This document shows positions 44,257 through 60,429 of a stretch of DNA of 64,000 bases, in pieces. The first letter of the stretch is position 1; each line of letters starts with the position of its first letter. The stretch is from Eledone cirrhosa (taxonomy: Eukaryota). Both the position numbers and the translations under genes were made by a program. Below the pieces are notes generated by a model, which searched no databases, was not told the DNA's origin, and saw only the letters and a list, made by a program, of their open reading frames with translations. The stretch covers positions 166,160,001-166,224,000 of the forward strand of contig OZ024740.1 of assembly GCA_964016885.1 (NCBI GenBank), given 5' to 3'.

Positions 44257-44495
44257 CATGCTACTGTACGTCTGTATACATATATGTATGTACGTATACA
44301 TGCATACTTACATTTAAGTAAGTGCCATACTAAGAGTGAGAAATGAAATTTCGTTTTCATTTTGTTTCAATTTATCGTTTTCGGTATGCCTGACCGATTT
44401 AACTTACTCAATATGCAAATTAGGCTGCTCAGCCGTTAATTTCCATAAGGAAAGTATATACTTTCGAACGTTCAACTATCTGGCAGATGGGTAAA

Positions 44496-44536
44496 CGGTG
44501 CTGATGATAGCTAACAAGCTTGAAACTAGTACATCG
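44496..44536 (+). ncRNA. Minimal type I hammerhead ribozyme (family D), predicted cut after A44531
   Basis: Identical to 44016-44056. Confidence 0.85.
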
Positions 44537-44867
44537 TTCCTGTGTCAGTGTTGAACAAAAAGGTGACGTGGTTGCCTTAACACCGTATGGCATAAATTCA
44601 GGCTGTTCAGTTTGTTTACAAACGAACAAAGTGACGTTATAATAAGCGCCGCTAAACTGATACGTGCATATATGTATGTGTACCTGTATGCATATGTATA
44701 TATATATGTATATATATATATATGTATGTGCATGCTACTGTACGTCTGTATACATATATGTATGTACGTATACATGCATACTTACATTTAAGTAAGTGCC
44801 ATACTAAGAGTGAGAAATGAAATTTCGTTTTCATTTTGTTTCAATTTATATATATATATATATATAT

Positions 44868-45635
44868 ATGAGCTATTTTACATACTAAAATCCAAAAACA
44901 AACTACTTAACGATAGAATTGAACGATCATTATACTGCAACCACAAACTAAAAGCTAAATTCTCTCACTATAAAATAACTTAACATTCGAACCCGTAACT
45001 ACAACACCACTTTCTAGCTAACAACCTTCTCTTCTCCCCCACACTACAAGACAATACACTGCTTATCACTATACATGGTAACTCAGTACAATTCCTAGAT
45101 TACTACTACAAAACCAAAAGTTCACTCACCACATATACTTTATCTGTCCCCTCTCTACCTATATATCTCTCTCTACATCCATTACACTCTCTCTCTCTCA
45201 CCTTTGACCTACCTCCCTCTCAACATCTATGAACTTGACCTCTGGGGCAATAAATAATTCCGACCTCAACTATCTACGCATCTCTCCAAAAGTAACTAAT
45301 AAAACCCCTACCATAACATTTTGATTAAGATATCTACAAGCCACTCTCTCCTACTTCTCCAACCCCTGCATATCTTTCCTTCTCTCTCCATCTTCCCTAC
45401 TTTTCTCTCTTCCTGTTCCACTCTATCTTCCCCAACAACCCCACTTAAGGGTTTTTACATTGTATATTTACCATTCTGCTCTGAGGAAACAGTGGTCACA
45501 GCATTGGATATTCGAGTTCTGCAAATACTTGTGAATTTGCACGTAGCGGAACTAGGCTGCAGTACCACCGTGGAAACACTTGTAAGCACACGGAATAAAC
45601 TACCTTTTTATGATGTCTACCTGTTATTATTCATT

Positions 45636-45638
<3 letters not shown>
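44868..45638 (+). mobile_element. PLE 3' end with pLTR HHR (45477-45588) and AATAAA (45594)
   Basis: ELFYILKSKNKLLNDRIERSLYCNHKLKAKF. UGCU-CUGAGGA-..GUGGU..ACCAC..-GAAAC ACUU GUA/AGCA. Confidence 0.82.
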
Positions 45639-45733
<95 letters not shown>

Positions 45734-45850
45734 GGTAAACAGAAATAGCAACACAATCGGTACAGTATATGGGAGGGATATAATATATATATATATATAT
45801 ATATTAAGAGAGTAAAACAAAGAATCCTTTAATACATCAAAAGTTTTTAC

Positions 45851-45892
45851 TAGCCGACAATGTTTCGTCCTATTAAGGACTCATCAGGGCAA
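45851..45892 (-). ncRNA. Canonical minimal type I hammerhead ribozyme
   Basis: GCC-CUGAUGA-GUCCU UAAU AGGAC-GAAAC AUU GUC/GGC. All core nucleotides intact. Confidence 0.92.
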
Positions 45893-46211
45893 TCAAAACA
45901 ACAAGAAGTAATTTCGGCAGATACAAGCCAGAAACTCTGAAGAATATGGGGTTTACATATACTAATGTCTTACAAGGATATAGGATAATAAAAATGAGGA
46001 TAAAACTATAATAACTAAGGATGTAAATGACATTAAGAACCATATTACAAATATGGTCCAAAGTCACCAACTTAAATCTAAACAAATTTGGTTATATAGA
46101 ACAGGAATTATATATAACACAGTATAATACATTCTAATAATAATATATCTATACCAACACTGAAATTCCAAATCAAAAATCAAAAGGTGCGATATATACA
46201 TGTATATATGT

Positions 46212-46249
<38 letters not shown>

Positions 46250-46706
46250 TACAATACACATATCTATTTTCTATTACACAGAAATTAAGCCTAAAAAATA
46301 TTAAAAATAAACATGGTAATAGTGAAAATAATGCTAATATATCTACCCAATATACATGGGGCAATAATTACAAGAAACACTTATAATAAATAATAAACAA
46401 CAAAATTATATAATATAATACAATATAATAAAGTAGAATATATATAAAATAAGAATATATATAATTTCCGGGTTAATTTACAGAAACAATATAGATGTCA
46501 CAGTGAACATTATATTAACAATTACCATATGTACAACATGGTTCATATTGGGTTACATAATAAATGGGAAAATATCAATCATATAATATAATACAATAAT
46601 ACAATAATACTCAAAAAACTATATTGGTACAGGGAACAATTATGATGTTACAGAAAAAATATGTTGTTACAGAAAAAATATATAGACATCTAACATGATA
46701 TGTAAA

Positions 46707-46746
<40 letters not shown>

Positions 46747-46749
46747 TCC

Positions 46750-47792
<1,043 letters not shown>

Positions 47793-47795
<3 letters not shown>

Positions 47796-48100
47796 CAAAA
47801 GTTTAACAAGGTTCATTGATTAGTCAATGAATAAAGTTTTACAATAGATTAGAAGCACTCAACAAAGAGGTTTTCTGGAGTTTTTAATATTACTTCAAAA
47901 TATTAATAAATATAGACATTCATGTGATCAAATATATTTTATTATACATATGTCAGAGGTACTGAGCTATATCATCAGTACATCTTCATCAGATAAAATA
48001 AATTGATGTCTGACATACCTCAACTGTGCTGATTGTTCAATTCCAGGAACCATCAGCACAGTTGAGGTATGTTAGACATCAATTTATTTTATGTGATGAT
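47793..48100. mobile_element. Inverted pLTR-like hairpin with degenerate HHR and tail
   Basis: 47992-48038 pairs with 48047-48092. Minus UAU-CUGAUGA..GUACUGA/UCAGUAC. Tail hairpin 47854-47881. Confidence 0.7.
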
Positions 48101-48111
48101 ATATCCTAACT

Positions 48112-49749
48112 TTGTGTGCTTCCTCTCCACATTTTATTATTATTATTATTCACCCCACACGAGATACAGAAATGCCTACTAAAACAAAAACAGACTCCAT
48201 TCTCATTAACATCAATCAAGAGATACTCCAAGAACTACAAAAAATTAACTCTAATTTGTCAATACTCACCAACAAACTGAACTCTACAAGTGAAGAAACA
48301 ATCCTCAAATATACATCCTATGAAATAAACGACAATATCAATAACTTATGTGAAACAATCAAAACACACCTGAATAACAACACAAACCCTATTCAAACGA
48401 ACGAAAATACACATGACACTAATACACTTACAACTTACCAAATAAAAAACAATTAATACCACAATGGTACACATCTTTTAAAAACAGGAAATTCTCCTTT
48501 TGGAAGATGATACAAAACAATAACAAAGCGGAGATCTATGAAAAATGGATTAACTCATCCCCATTAATCAACCCCCGCAAACTACAAATTAAATCCATCC
48601 CAAACGAACCCGAGACTCAAAGATGCCTCAGGGAAAGACTGGCACTTGATAACTTAAAAACCGAAATTGAACTCCTTAAATTGAGAGCCCAAGCAAATGA
48701 TGATAGGATCAAATCAATCGACGATGAGACTAATTTAGCAATTATCAATATAACCAAAGACACCACCCTAGAAAATATTTCAAAATTATCGTTAGAGTAC
48801 TGTAATAAGGAAGAATTAAAATCCCTTCAATGCTGGGAAATAAACGAAACCTGGTTCTCTAACTATGAAACATTTTTCCAAAAAGAAGACACATCCAAGA
48901 ACCCCTTCATTAAAACCATAACAAAAAAACTCAATCAACACCCAAACACCACACAACAACCAACAACAACAAAAAAACAATACCTCCCCACATACCAACA
49001 AAAGAAGGCATCACCTCACCCCTACCTCCTACATCCTCCACACAACTACCACACGGACCCAAGCAACAAATATAGTAATAGAGAAACATCAGCTACAAGA
49101 TAGACACTACAACTTCTCTCCCATCAGGAGAAACCATAGAACCCCCACACTTACAACCCCCCTAACGTCCCTACACAACAAACCCACAACCATCATTACT
49201 TCCAACATAGAACCCAAAATACACAACTACCACACATGTCACACAGGGCCTCACAACGACACACCAGCTATAAGGAAACCCTAATCTACCCTCCCCCACT
49301 AACCACACCCTACTACAACAACACCAGTAGGGGACAATACAACCACACGAGACACCCTAACCACTACAACCACCATAACTACACACCATATAACAGCAAC
49401 AGCATGACTCAATATAACCACACAAGACAACTCTACTACAACTACCACCAAGTCTACACACCCTACAACAACAGCAGTGCTCAACACAACCACACGATAC
49501 AACCCAACTTCAACAACCACCACAACTTCACACGTTCATCACGTTCATCAAATCTATACACCCTACAACAACATCAGCAGCGCTCAATACAACCACACGA
49601 TACAATCTAAACTCAACAACCACCATAGCTATACACCATCTTACAACAACAGCAGGGGCCAATACAACCATAAGAGACACTTCAACAGCCATCACAACTT
49701 CCGTAATCATTTTTTAGACACAGCACACAGACACAGGATTACAAGATAA
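48112..49749 (+). pseudogene. Disrupted upstream ORF / long N-terminal region of the adjacent PLE
   Basis: ORF pieces 48112-48456, 48507-49103 and 49236-49749 share strand and A/C bias with the RT ORF. Coiled-coil-like part, then about 60-nt tandem repeats. Confidence 0.55.
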
Positions 49750-49778
49750 CACAAAACACACAGGAGACACAAAATGCA

Positions 49779-52014
49779 ATGAAAATTGTCAATTTAATCT
49801 CTAAAGAATTAACAACAGACCAAATCAACATATTCTTCAAAGGTCTAAAATTTACACCAACTCCCCAACAACCAAACTACCCCGAAATGAAGGAAGATAT
49901 TGCAGAATTCTGTAGAAAACTAAGACTCAGCGAACAACTATACGACAAATACAATGAGGATGCCTCAATAGCCAGAAATAGAAGCAACTACACCCCACCA
50001 AAAGGCAAGAATAAATTCCTCGCTCAATTCTGCGAACAGATTACTAATTACCCATACCACCACCTACACAGACATAAACAAAAATCAAACCTAAGCCAAA
50101 AAGAATGGAATGGTCTTAACAGTCTAAAGAACGACAAAACCCTAACAATCAAAGAGGCAGATAAAGTGAGTGCAGTAGTCCATATGGAGACATATTATTA
50201 CACAACTCTAGTACTCTCAACTCTAGAAAACCAAACATATTATGAAAAGGCCCAACACTACACACAACAGAAAATAATGAGAAACCTAAAATCCCTAACA
50301 ACCCTTTACAAAGAAGGCCTTACAGACAAGGAATACAACTACATCAACAATTTCAAAAGCAGAACCTGCCTCTTCTACGGTATGCCCAATACACACAAAA
50401 ACGAAGTAATAGGTAGGGCCTGCAAGCAAGCCACAGACGTTTACATCAATATAGCCTTTCCTGATGACCTTAAATTAAGACCCATAATAGCAGGCACCAC
50501 ATGTGAAACCCACCGCCTAAGCAACTTCCAAGATATTCTGCTGAAACCTTTCCTAAAACACATAAAAAGCTTCATAAGGGACGACCTTGACATGCTCATC
50601 CACCCATCAACATTCAATAACGAACATACCCTACCTTTGATGTCATCAATTTATATTCCAATATCCCACACAACCTAGGTATAGAGGCAATACAATTCTA
50701 GATGGAAAATTTCCCTAGTGAACTCCCACAACGCATCCCTAAATAATTTGTGTTGGAGGGACTCAAATTCATCTTGGAAAACAACTTCTTCGAATTCAAT
50801 GCCAAATACTACAGACAGAAATCTGGGACTGCCATGGGCACGAAAGTGGCCCCTCATACGCCAACCTTGTCATGGGATATTTGGAAACCATTCTCTACCG
50901 CAAAGTTCTAGACAAATACGGCAACCACTTCTACCAACACATAGAAAATAACTGGAAGAGATATCTGGACGACTTCGTCATCCTCTGGCATGAAAATATA
51001 GATAGACTGTTTGGGTTTAAAACCCTTCTGAATGGACTCAACACAAGCTTACAATTCACAATGGATTACAGCCATGAACAATTCCCTTTCCTCGACATCC
51101 TCATCAAGAAAACAAGTAACAAAATAGAAAAAGACATATACTACAAACCCACAGACTCCAAACAATACCTTCCATTCAACTCGTGCCACCCTAGACACAC
51201 CAAAATGGCAATTCCTTATAATCTAGCCATAAGGATCTGCACAATAGTTTCAGATAAATCCACATACTACACACGACTAGAAGAATTAAAAAAACACACT
51301 TATCAGCAGAAACTACCCACCATCCCTAATCACTAATGGATTCCAACGTGCCCTAAAACTTACAATCCAGGAAATCAGACACCCCAAACACAGGAAAGAA
51401 CCGCAACAAAATAAACTCTACCATACATCTCCACACACAACCCTCTCAACAATGAGGCATTCGACACCATCCTCCAGAACATTCCTTTACTAAAAAGAGA
51501 CCCAAGAATGAACAAAATCCTCCAAACACACAATATCATAAAGAGCAAAAGACAACCCAAATCCATAAAAAATATCCTCACAATGAACCCTACAGAAACA
51601 AAATGCGGAAGGCCCAAATGTGGCATATGCATAAATCTAATAGAAGGTTCAACATTCCATTTTAAACAAGGACAGCGTTTCACAGTTAAACAAAACTTTA
51701 CATGTGCATCTGAAAACCTAATCTATGTTTTAACCTGCCCAGGTTGTCACGAGCACTACATAGGACAGACAAAAAACAGCATCCGTCAACGTATGACCGT
51801 CCATAAATCACAAATTAAAATACAGGAATACAGAAAGATTTCATTTAGTGAACATATCGTCAATTGTGCTCACAACCAACATCCAAACTTTAAAATTTCC
51901 CCCATTTACACATTCATAGACCCCGCTACTTTCATCCAACGTACCAATAAGGAAACATATTTCATTAATAACTTTCAACCCCTACTTAATACTCTAAAAG
52001 TCGGACCAATCTAA
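49779..52014 (+). pseudogene. Neptune-like PLE RT/GIY-YIG polyprotein, frameshifted
   Basis: KGLKFTPTP, IKEADK, LRPIIAG, GTAMGTKVAP, WKRYLDDFVILW, PFLDILI, YYKPTDS, CGRPKCGIC linker, LIYVLTC..YIGQT. 3'UTR to about 52620 with degenerate HHR near 52456-52497. Confidence 0.92.
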
Positions 52015-52618
52015 AACTGCAACAAACAATCAAACATTTACAAGAGTTACCTCCCACACACACTACCTAATCCTTTTTTCTTAAATAAATTAAATATCAT
52101 CCAGCAAGAATTGCTTCCCCCTGCATATTAACTCTCTAAAAAGGGAAATCATATCAAACCTCAGTCTACCATTTGCCTCAATCACGGAATCATGGATCAA
52201 CTAAGCACGCTTGCTATATTAACACATTTTGATCTGCTTAACTTCAATGACTTTGCTTGTAAATAACATTATTTTTTCTTCCACATTGAGTTTTTATGTT
52301 CTACATTATACACGTTTTTTTTTTCTTTTTTCTTTTTTCTTTTTTCTTTTTTCTTTTTTCTTTTTTCTTTTCACTTCATAAACCTTGTTTGTAAATAACA
52401 TTATTATTTCTGCACCTTCTGTTTAACATGTGCGACACCACACTAATACATTTCACTATCATTTGATAATGCACAAAAATGCTGAAACCGGTAATAGACA
52501 ATAATTAAATATATAAATAGATAAATAAATGCCATTTTTAAATAATAAATAAATCAACTAATACCTTAACACTTCACACAAAGTAAAACTTTTCGTTTTA
52601 ATCGTTTTCTAACCCAGT

Positions 52619-52687
<69 letters not shown>

Positions 52688-52689
<2 letters not shown>

Positions 52690-52793
52690 TATGCCCGAAA
52701 CGTCGTGCCCCACCTACCCCCACTCTCCTGAGCGTGAAATTAATAAACATTTATTGTATTGCCTCTCTGTTTTGTCCCTGTTCAAATCTTTCC

Positions 52794-52797
<4 letters not shown>
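52688..52797 (+). repeat. pLTR-like 3' fragment (also 30216-30282 minus)
   Basis: GAAACGTC half-HHR, AATAAA, and shared GAGCGTGAAATTAATAAACATT..GTTTTGTCCCTGTTCAAAT. Confidence 0.65.
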
Positions 52798-52875
<78 letters not shown>

Positions 52876-53020
52876 ATAGTAAACGAAAAATGTGTGTTAC
52901 AATTGTTTCGCCGGCGGACAGCTCGAGACGCGATCATTGTGTGGATCTGTCTGATTTGGGACCCATAGGTTCGACTGACACGTCTAATGATTTCGGAACA
53001 TATTCTCTCAGTAGACATGT

Positions 53021-53353
53021 CCTACGCCATCCTGTTTCCACAGAAACAAGATGGCGTAGGACAGAACAAAAGAGAGGCACAAAAACAAAGAAATGAATCC
53101 CAGTCACTGAAGAGGTCACAGAATGTTTGACGAAAGAACTTTGACAACATATAAACAACCATCTGGTTGTGGAACCAACCAGCCAACAGGAAATTTATAA
53201 ATTCCTAAATTTATGAATTTATTATAATAAATTGAAGTAAAAGCAACTGGTGCGTGTGTTTTTTATTGGCAACATGACCCTCCCAAAGTATAACAATATC
53301 GGTTTCAACACACGTTTTCAGATAAAGAGTATTGCTAAATAAATTCAGAAACG

Positions 53354-53357
<4 letters not shown>
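53021..53357 (+). mobile_element. Solo pLTR+tail of the 35531-37339 family, with HHR 53103-53145
   Basis: Reverse complement of 35531-35830. GUCA-CUGAAGA-GGUCA..UGAC-GAAAG AA CUU/UGAC. 5' fold-back 53021-53060. Confidence 0.85.
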
Positions 53358-53451
<94 letters not shown>

Positions 53452-54269
53452 GGAGAAAGAGAGTAAGGGAGAATGAGAAAAAGAAGATATGCTAGCAAAC
53501 GAGAATTGAAGCAAGCTTGAAGAAAGATAGAAAACCAGTAACACCTCGGGTTTTATTAAAATACTGACTCGGTAATATAAACAGCGGGAAAATTATAAAT
53601 GAGGTGAGATGGGTTTATTAAAAATAAAAACATGACAAATGGATTACGGCTGATTTTGATTTATTGAGCAATTTGGCAAATACTCTTACGAACGTTTCCA
53701 ACATTGCTTTGTAAATGATATCCTTATATAGTTGTTATTTGTTGTTGCTGATATTTTCTTTCTTAAAGTTGATCCTTTGACGTGAACTGGAACGTGTCAT
53801 GGCGTGCAGGGGCATTTATAACATTTCAAGATAAGTTATGTTATTAAGAGACTATACAATTTGATACCATTTTAGTTTTTTTATGTAAGGTTTCAGCAGT
53901 TTTAACCAATGAAAAACTTTATAAATTATGTAGACTAATTTGAGAAATAAAATATTTAAGTAGCCAGGATGCTTTCTTATCGATCTGTAGGTTTTGAGAT
54001 GTTGTTTAACTCCAGAAAATCCAGAATCGAGAAGACCTTTAGAAGAGTTAGCTAGAGGTTTTTAGTGACTACATGGCGCGTCACTAAACTTAAGATTCTC
54101 AAAATACAACATCCCCTTAAAAACAAACGAATTGCTCGCCTGAACAAATCACTTCACCAATCTTCCTGAAAATCCTTTCCACCTAAACCGCACACATCAT
54201 CTAATAATCATTTGTAAATCCCACAACCTATCAGAGCACAAGTTTGTCTATAGCTTATTTTAGCTTCCT

Positions 54270-54560
54270 AAGCTACAAACACACTTTATTTCACTTTATG
54301 CCACCAGATCATCTTACTGGGGCCTTACTCTCATTCGATGCAACAGTTACAGGCTGGAAGAGGCCCCAGCGACAGGCCCAGCACAAGATGGCTGGGTGTC
54401 ATCAAGGAAGATTTTCAGAGGCTCGACGTCACCTTGGAGGATACAGAGGACTGCCAGCGAGGGACGGCACTGGTAGACTAGGTCTGCTGCACGCATGTTG
54501 GTACATCTGGGATCACAGATCTAGAATGACCCTTTTTTTTCCAACAAGCGGAAGAAGAAG
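54270..54560 (+). pseudogene. RTE-clade LINE 3' relic
   Basis: GWKRP..RPSTRWLGVIKEDF (RPRGRP.TRW.D.I..D-like), followed by a short (AAG)n. Confidence 0.55.
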
Positions 54561-55241
54561 ACTGAGCAGATACCACAGTACAACGAAAATATATAGCTAC
54601 TGAATTATTTGCTAGCACACTGAGCCATAATTGTCTAAATCCCTTATTCACTACAGATCGCTGAGAGAGGGTAATGTATCCCTAAAAGAAATGTAGATAA
54701 TGTCTGAATAAATAGAAAAAATCAGAACGCGATGAGGGGAAATCCCAAACGAATATTACATCATATTAGATGCGAAGGGAAATGCCGGAAAATACTTAGG
54801 CAAAGGCTGAAAATTTGAAAATATGCATAACACACGAAAAGTAACGCTAAGCATTGCAAACCTATTTAAGTGGAGTTCTGTTAATCCTGTCGAAAATACA
54901 ATACCTAAACAACATACTGCACATACTGAAGGCAAATGAAGATGCATTGGTAATGTAGTGAAAATATGCATTAGCAAGGACTTTAGAAAATAATAAGAAA
55001 ACAATGCCCTGTAAAAAGAATAATATAAATCAATGTTATAATAACAAGGAATGATAAAATGCTCAAGGAATCCCATTCTATCCTTCTCAGAGTATAAAAA
55101 ACATATTCCATACATATACACTTGTACATTTATTGAAGAAGACAAATTTAATCGTCTGACTCAGATTCCCATCATACATACTTTCAGTCTGCTTATACAT
55201 ATATATACATATATAAATATAATATAATATAAAATAATATA

Positions 55242-55295
<54 letters not shown>

Positions 55296-55356
55296 ATATA
55301 TGTATGTATATATATATATATATATAATTATATATATATATATAATTATATATATA

Positions 55357-55401
<45 letters not shown>

Positions 55402-56148
55402 TACACACATACATATATATCTACATATAATTGCATATGAAATCTATTTTGATATACACACTATTATACTTATATGTAAACAACACATATATAGGTGTGT
55501 CTCTTTTTCTTATAATTTCTTGTTGTATATGTATACACTATCATAAAGAAAACGAAAACACAACAAAAGAAAGGAAAATAACTTCAGTTCTGCAAGGAAC
55601 CGTCAAACTGTCTCTGTGAAACTGTCACCAAAATTTGACAGGCGCCAATATCTTTTAACTGACGTCTGTTTTCAGAGCAAGGAAATGGCTTGGCTTAGAA
55701 GCTAGTTGGAAAAGTGTTCGAATAGATTTGTCAGCGACAATTGAAGTACTATGGCACCAGAGATGACGCGAAGAGACAGCTTAGAACTGAAAAAAAAACA
55801 AAAAAACAAAAAACAAACTAACAAACTAAATATATATGAAAAAAACAAGACAAAAACAATAAATACACAAACATCGCCGCTTCAAACTGCGACAAAAGGA
55901 AAAACAACACTATCACCATCTACAACGTCGACATTAGTAAAAACATGTTTAATTTAAATTTGTATTTATTTTTATATGCATAGATGTGGATATACAAATA
56001 TATACAAATTTAAATTAAACACACATATATATACGTCCTATTTTGATTCTTATCGTACAAGCTGTCCCTCAGCATATGTATGCATACTCACCTACTCAAT
56101 CTCTCTCCCACCTACGCATACACATGTAAGCATGTGTACACACACGAA

Positions 56149-56476
<328 letters not shown>

Positions 56477-56500
56477 ATATATATATATATCTATATATAA

Positions 56501-56865
<365 letters not shown>

Positions 56866-56926
56866 GAGAGAGAGATAGAGAGATAGATAGATATATACAT
56901 AACTATATATGAACATATGTATATAT

Positions 56927-57061
<135 letters not shown>

Positions 57062-57380
57062 TCACTCAAACAAAGACATATATAAGTTATTGCATCTGTT
57101 TGAATATGCATGTGTATATGAAACACATGCATTAGGTTCATTTGGCGTCACAGTGATGCTCAAGTTACACTAATAAATACTATTTGTCTTTTAACATGAC
57201 TTTTTAATATACACCAGAGTCTCACGGCCTTCACAGATATTCGGGCAATCTCTTAACTACTTATTATTAGGAAATACTACTTACTCTTACATCCTCTTAA
57301 CAATTTATTAAAGCTTAATTCGAGGTATTTTTGAACAAGTATCTCCCACCATCTTGCACCGTCTCTTCTTTTCTATCATT

Positions 57381-57683
57381 GAGGTTAACTTTGCCTTTCA
57401 TCCTTACGGGATCGATAAAATAAAGTACCAGTATTGTGACTCGGTAATTGCTGGCCTTGTGCCAAAAGTAGAAACAATTATTTATTCTTGGGTGGATGGA
57501 TTGGCAGTATGGGTAGAAGGTCGGACACAATGCTTTGACGCATAGTGTTATGGCTCTTGCCATTCTAAGTTCAAATCCGCCGAGGTTAACTTTACCTTTC
57601 ATCCTTACGGGGTCGATAAAATAAAGTACCAGTAATGCACTGGTGGTAATTGCTAGCCTTGTGCCAATAGTAGAAACAATTAT
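57381..57683 (+). mobile_element. Two tandem tRNA-derived SINEs (57381-57482 truncated; 57490-57683 full)
   Basis: A box TGGCAGTATGGG, B box AGTTCAAATCC, family central domain. Confidence 0.88.
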
Positions 57684-59047
57684 TAATTCCTGGGTGATTG
57701 TTCGAATTATTTTGTATTCATTTCTGTGTTCCCCGTACGGTTACCTACTCACATTGTTTCTTTTTTTTTTTTTTTGCGTTTTATTATAGCAATTTTACAA
57801 TCCCTTTTTGGTATGTAGATATTTCCCCTTGTTTCTCTGTCCAGAGTCGAAAAAAAAGCAAAGAAAAAAGCATCTGCTGTCTCCTTGTTTTCTTGTCCAA
57901 GGCCCGTTGTATTTTCATCCCAAATATCCATTTTACTTTAGATACTTTTGATGCAGTGGAACACTAGTCATGAAATAAACTATCCGAAACTATGAGGAAT
58001 CCCAGAAGACAGCTGATAAGTAGGTGTTGTCCACGTGTCCGACTTTACTGAGTTCTATGTGTCCTTCGTATGTACCAGGCCTTCTTTCATGACACCCTCC
58101 GCACACACATATACCTACATATATATACATATATATTTATATATATTTATATATATATGAACATAACATTGTGCACATAGCAACAGAAAATTAATAACAA
58201 AGCCGCGGAAGGGATACTACATATCTGCGACTAGACATGACACTCCGTAATATATTTTACTTTACATTATTATTGTGTTCCCTTTGTCACTATTTAAATG
58301 CTTGTTTGTATATGAGTATTATGTTGAAAATAACTTGCCTCAAATTTGATTTTTTTAATAAGATTTTTTTTAGATCCTTATTAATTCTGCATATTTGGTT
58401 GGAAAATATAGTGTTTCTCGATACATTAGACTGTTAACGATTCAGTATTTAATCATCAGAATATGGACAGTAAAATTAGTCTTGTATTGCTCCCAGTTGT
58501 CAAGAAATATAAAATCATAATGCCTCATTTTAAAAAATGGGCATATTCATGAGATGAAATCTAATAGTTATTATAATTGAATTCATATATGCTGTTTCAC
58601 TTTGTTAATTTTTGGTATGTATTTTGAAATTAGTAAAGTATTCATAATTATTCTACTTGTATTGTCCTTACAGAATCAACTGTCTGAAATTCCCACTCAT
58701 ACTGGCAACTCTGTGGTATATTCTGAGAGGATAGAGAATAATAATTTCTCTCCTAAAGAAAATATATTTTTTATAGCACAACTACTCATATGTGTATTGT
58801 TTATATATATTTTCATATACAACTCTATTATGCTTAAACGCTGTCTAGGTGCTGCAGCCAATTAGCTTTAAATAGCCAAGTTCGCACTACATGCAAATGC
58901 GCATTTTTAGCAAATGTTCATCAAGCAATATTTTATATAGACTATTTTCATGCCAGTTAGGGTTGAGTCAGTGTCACCGGTGACATATTACCAAAAAATT
59001 TAAATAGCGAGTTTTGCCATTCTCAATTGTAATGGCAAAGGACAATA

Positions 59048-59098
59048 GTTCCCAAAGAAAAATAGTTTTCGTTACGAAAACTATTTTTCTTTGGGAAC
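59048..59098. repeat. Perfect palindrome, 25-bp arms
   Basis: GTTCCCAAAGAAAAATAGTTTTCGT-T-ACGAAAACTATTTTTCTTTGGGAAC. Confidence 0.92.
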
Positions 59099-59186
59099 AA
59101 CACTACCCATATGTCTATAGAGTATATGGTATTTGTTTTCATTATACCACATTTTTGTTTAATGCAGTGTTAGGGTTACTGCCAAT

Positions 59187-59226
<40 letters not shown>

Positions 59227-60164
59227 AATGGAATATGAAAAAGAACGTAACGCCACAGATATTCTCATACGTATGTATACATGCGCATGTGATTAAATGT
59301 GCACATACATATGTAAGTACTTATACAGATTCACGAAGAACAGCATGATACAACCACATATATGAAATATTGATAGCGATTGTTTTTCTTCTTCTTCTTC
59401 TTCTTCTTCTTCTTCTTCTTCTTCTTCTTCTTCTTCTTCTTCTTCGCCCATTTATTCCGGACATTGTCGTCGGGGAAGCGTCCTTGAACACTCCTATTGC
59501 AGTTTCAGTTTCAATTACCTTATTCGCGCCTTTTACCAAACTGGTACTTTATCAAACCCGCGAATACTAGGCTTTTTTTTTAGAGCGGCCTTACTTTCCT
59601 CTTCGTACGTCACTGGATTGTGAGAGTTTTCTTGGGAGATAAAGGTGTCACCCATTACTTCATCTCCCCTAGTAGTTTACAGCTGTTGGTACGGGATTGC
59701 TTATTCTTCCGGCAGTTGGGCACTTATATTGCAACTAGCCATCACATTTGGTAGTCGCATCGCTATCTGCTACCTACAGCATGTTCTCTAGCATAACAGC
59801 TCTGCCGAGATTATTTCATGTTTCCAAGTCTACGTAGATATTGTTTTTGTAAAATCATTGTGATTGCAAAATTCAACTGATAACTTGATGTGAAGCCTGA
59901 TATTTAATAAATGATATCTAATGTAAATAAGACTGATATTAATAAGTGATGTTTAATGTTTATATAAAGAGAGTAAACAAGAAAAGACGGTTCTACATAT
60001 TGGCTTTCGAGGCGTTCATGCTCGTTATAAATAGACTTGATAATTACTTTCATACAAATCATAGCCAGTGATAAATGTTCTCTTGCTTATTGATTCGTTT
60101 CGAAACCCAATGCACTGATTTTGTTGCTTTGTTCCTGTCATTGTTTACACTTACACACACTCGA

Positions 60165-60197
<33 letters not shown>

Positions 60198-60232
60198 CAC
60201 ACATACATACACACACATACACACACCCATAC

Positions 60233-60304
<72 letters not shown>

Positions 60305-60368
60305 CCACACACACACAAACATCCACACAAACACACACATATACACACAACGTAAGCCTGTATTCATA

Positions 60369-60426
<58 letters not shown>

Positions 60427-60429
<3 letters not shown>

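Larger units (their letters stand above)
43829..44847 (+). mobile_element. Retrozyme-like tandem (480-nt period) of family D, with a short inverted 5' arm
   Basis: Sequence at 43981 and 44461 is identical in register. 43829-43955 is the reverse complement of about 44182-44313. One HHR per monomer, no credible ORF. Confidence 0.88.

Noticed and set aside
52880-53020. HHR-like pieces GAAAC AAUU GUA and CUGAGAGA on the minus strand
   Set aside because: The halves do not assemble into one consistent fold.
58840-58910. CCAAT plus ATGCAAAT as an snRNA-type promoter
   Set aside because: No downstream RNA gene or HHR recognised. Likely chance.
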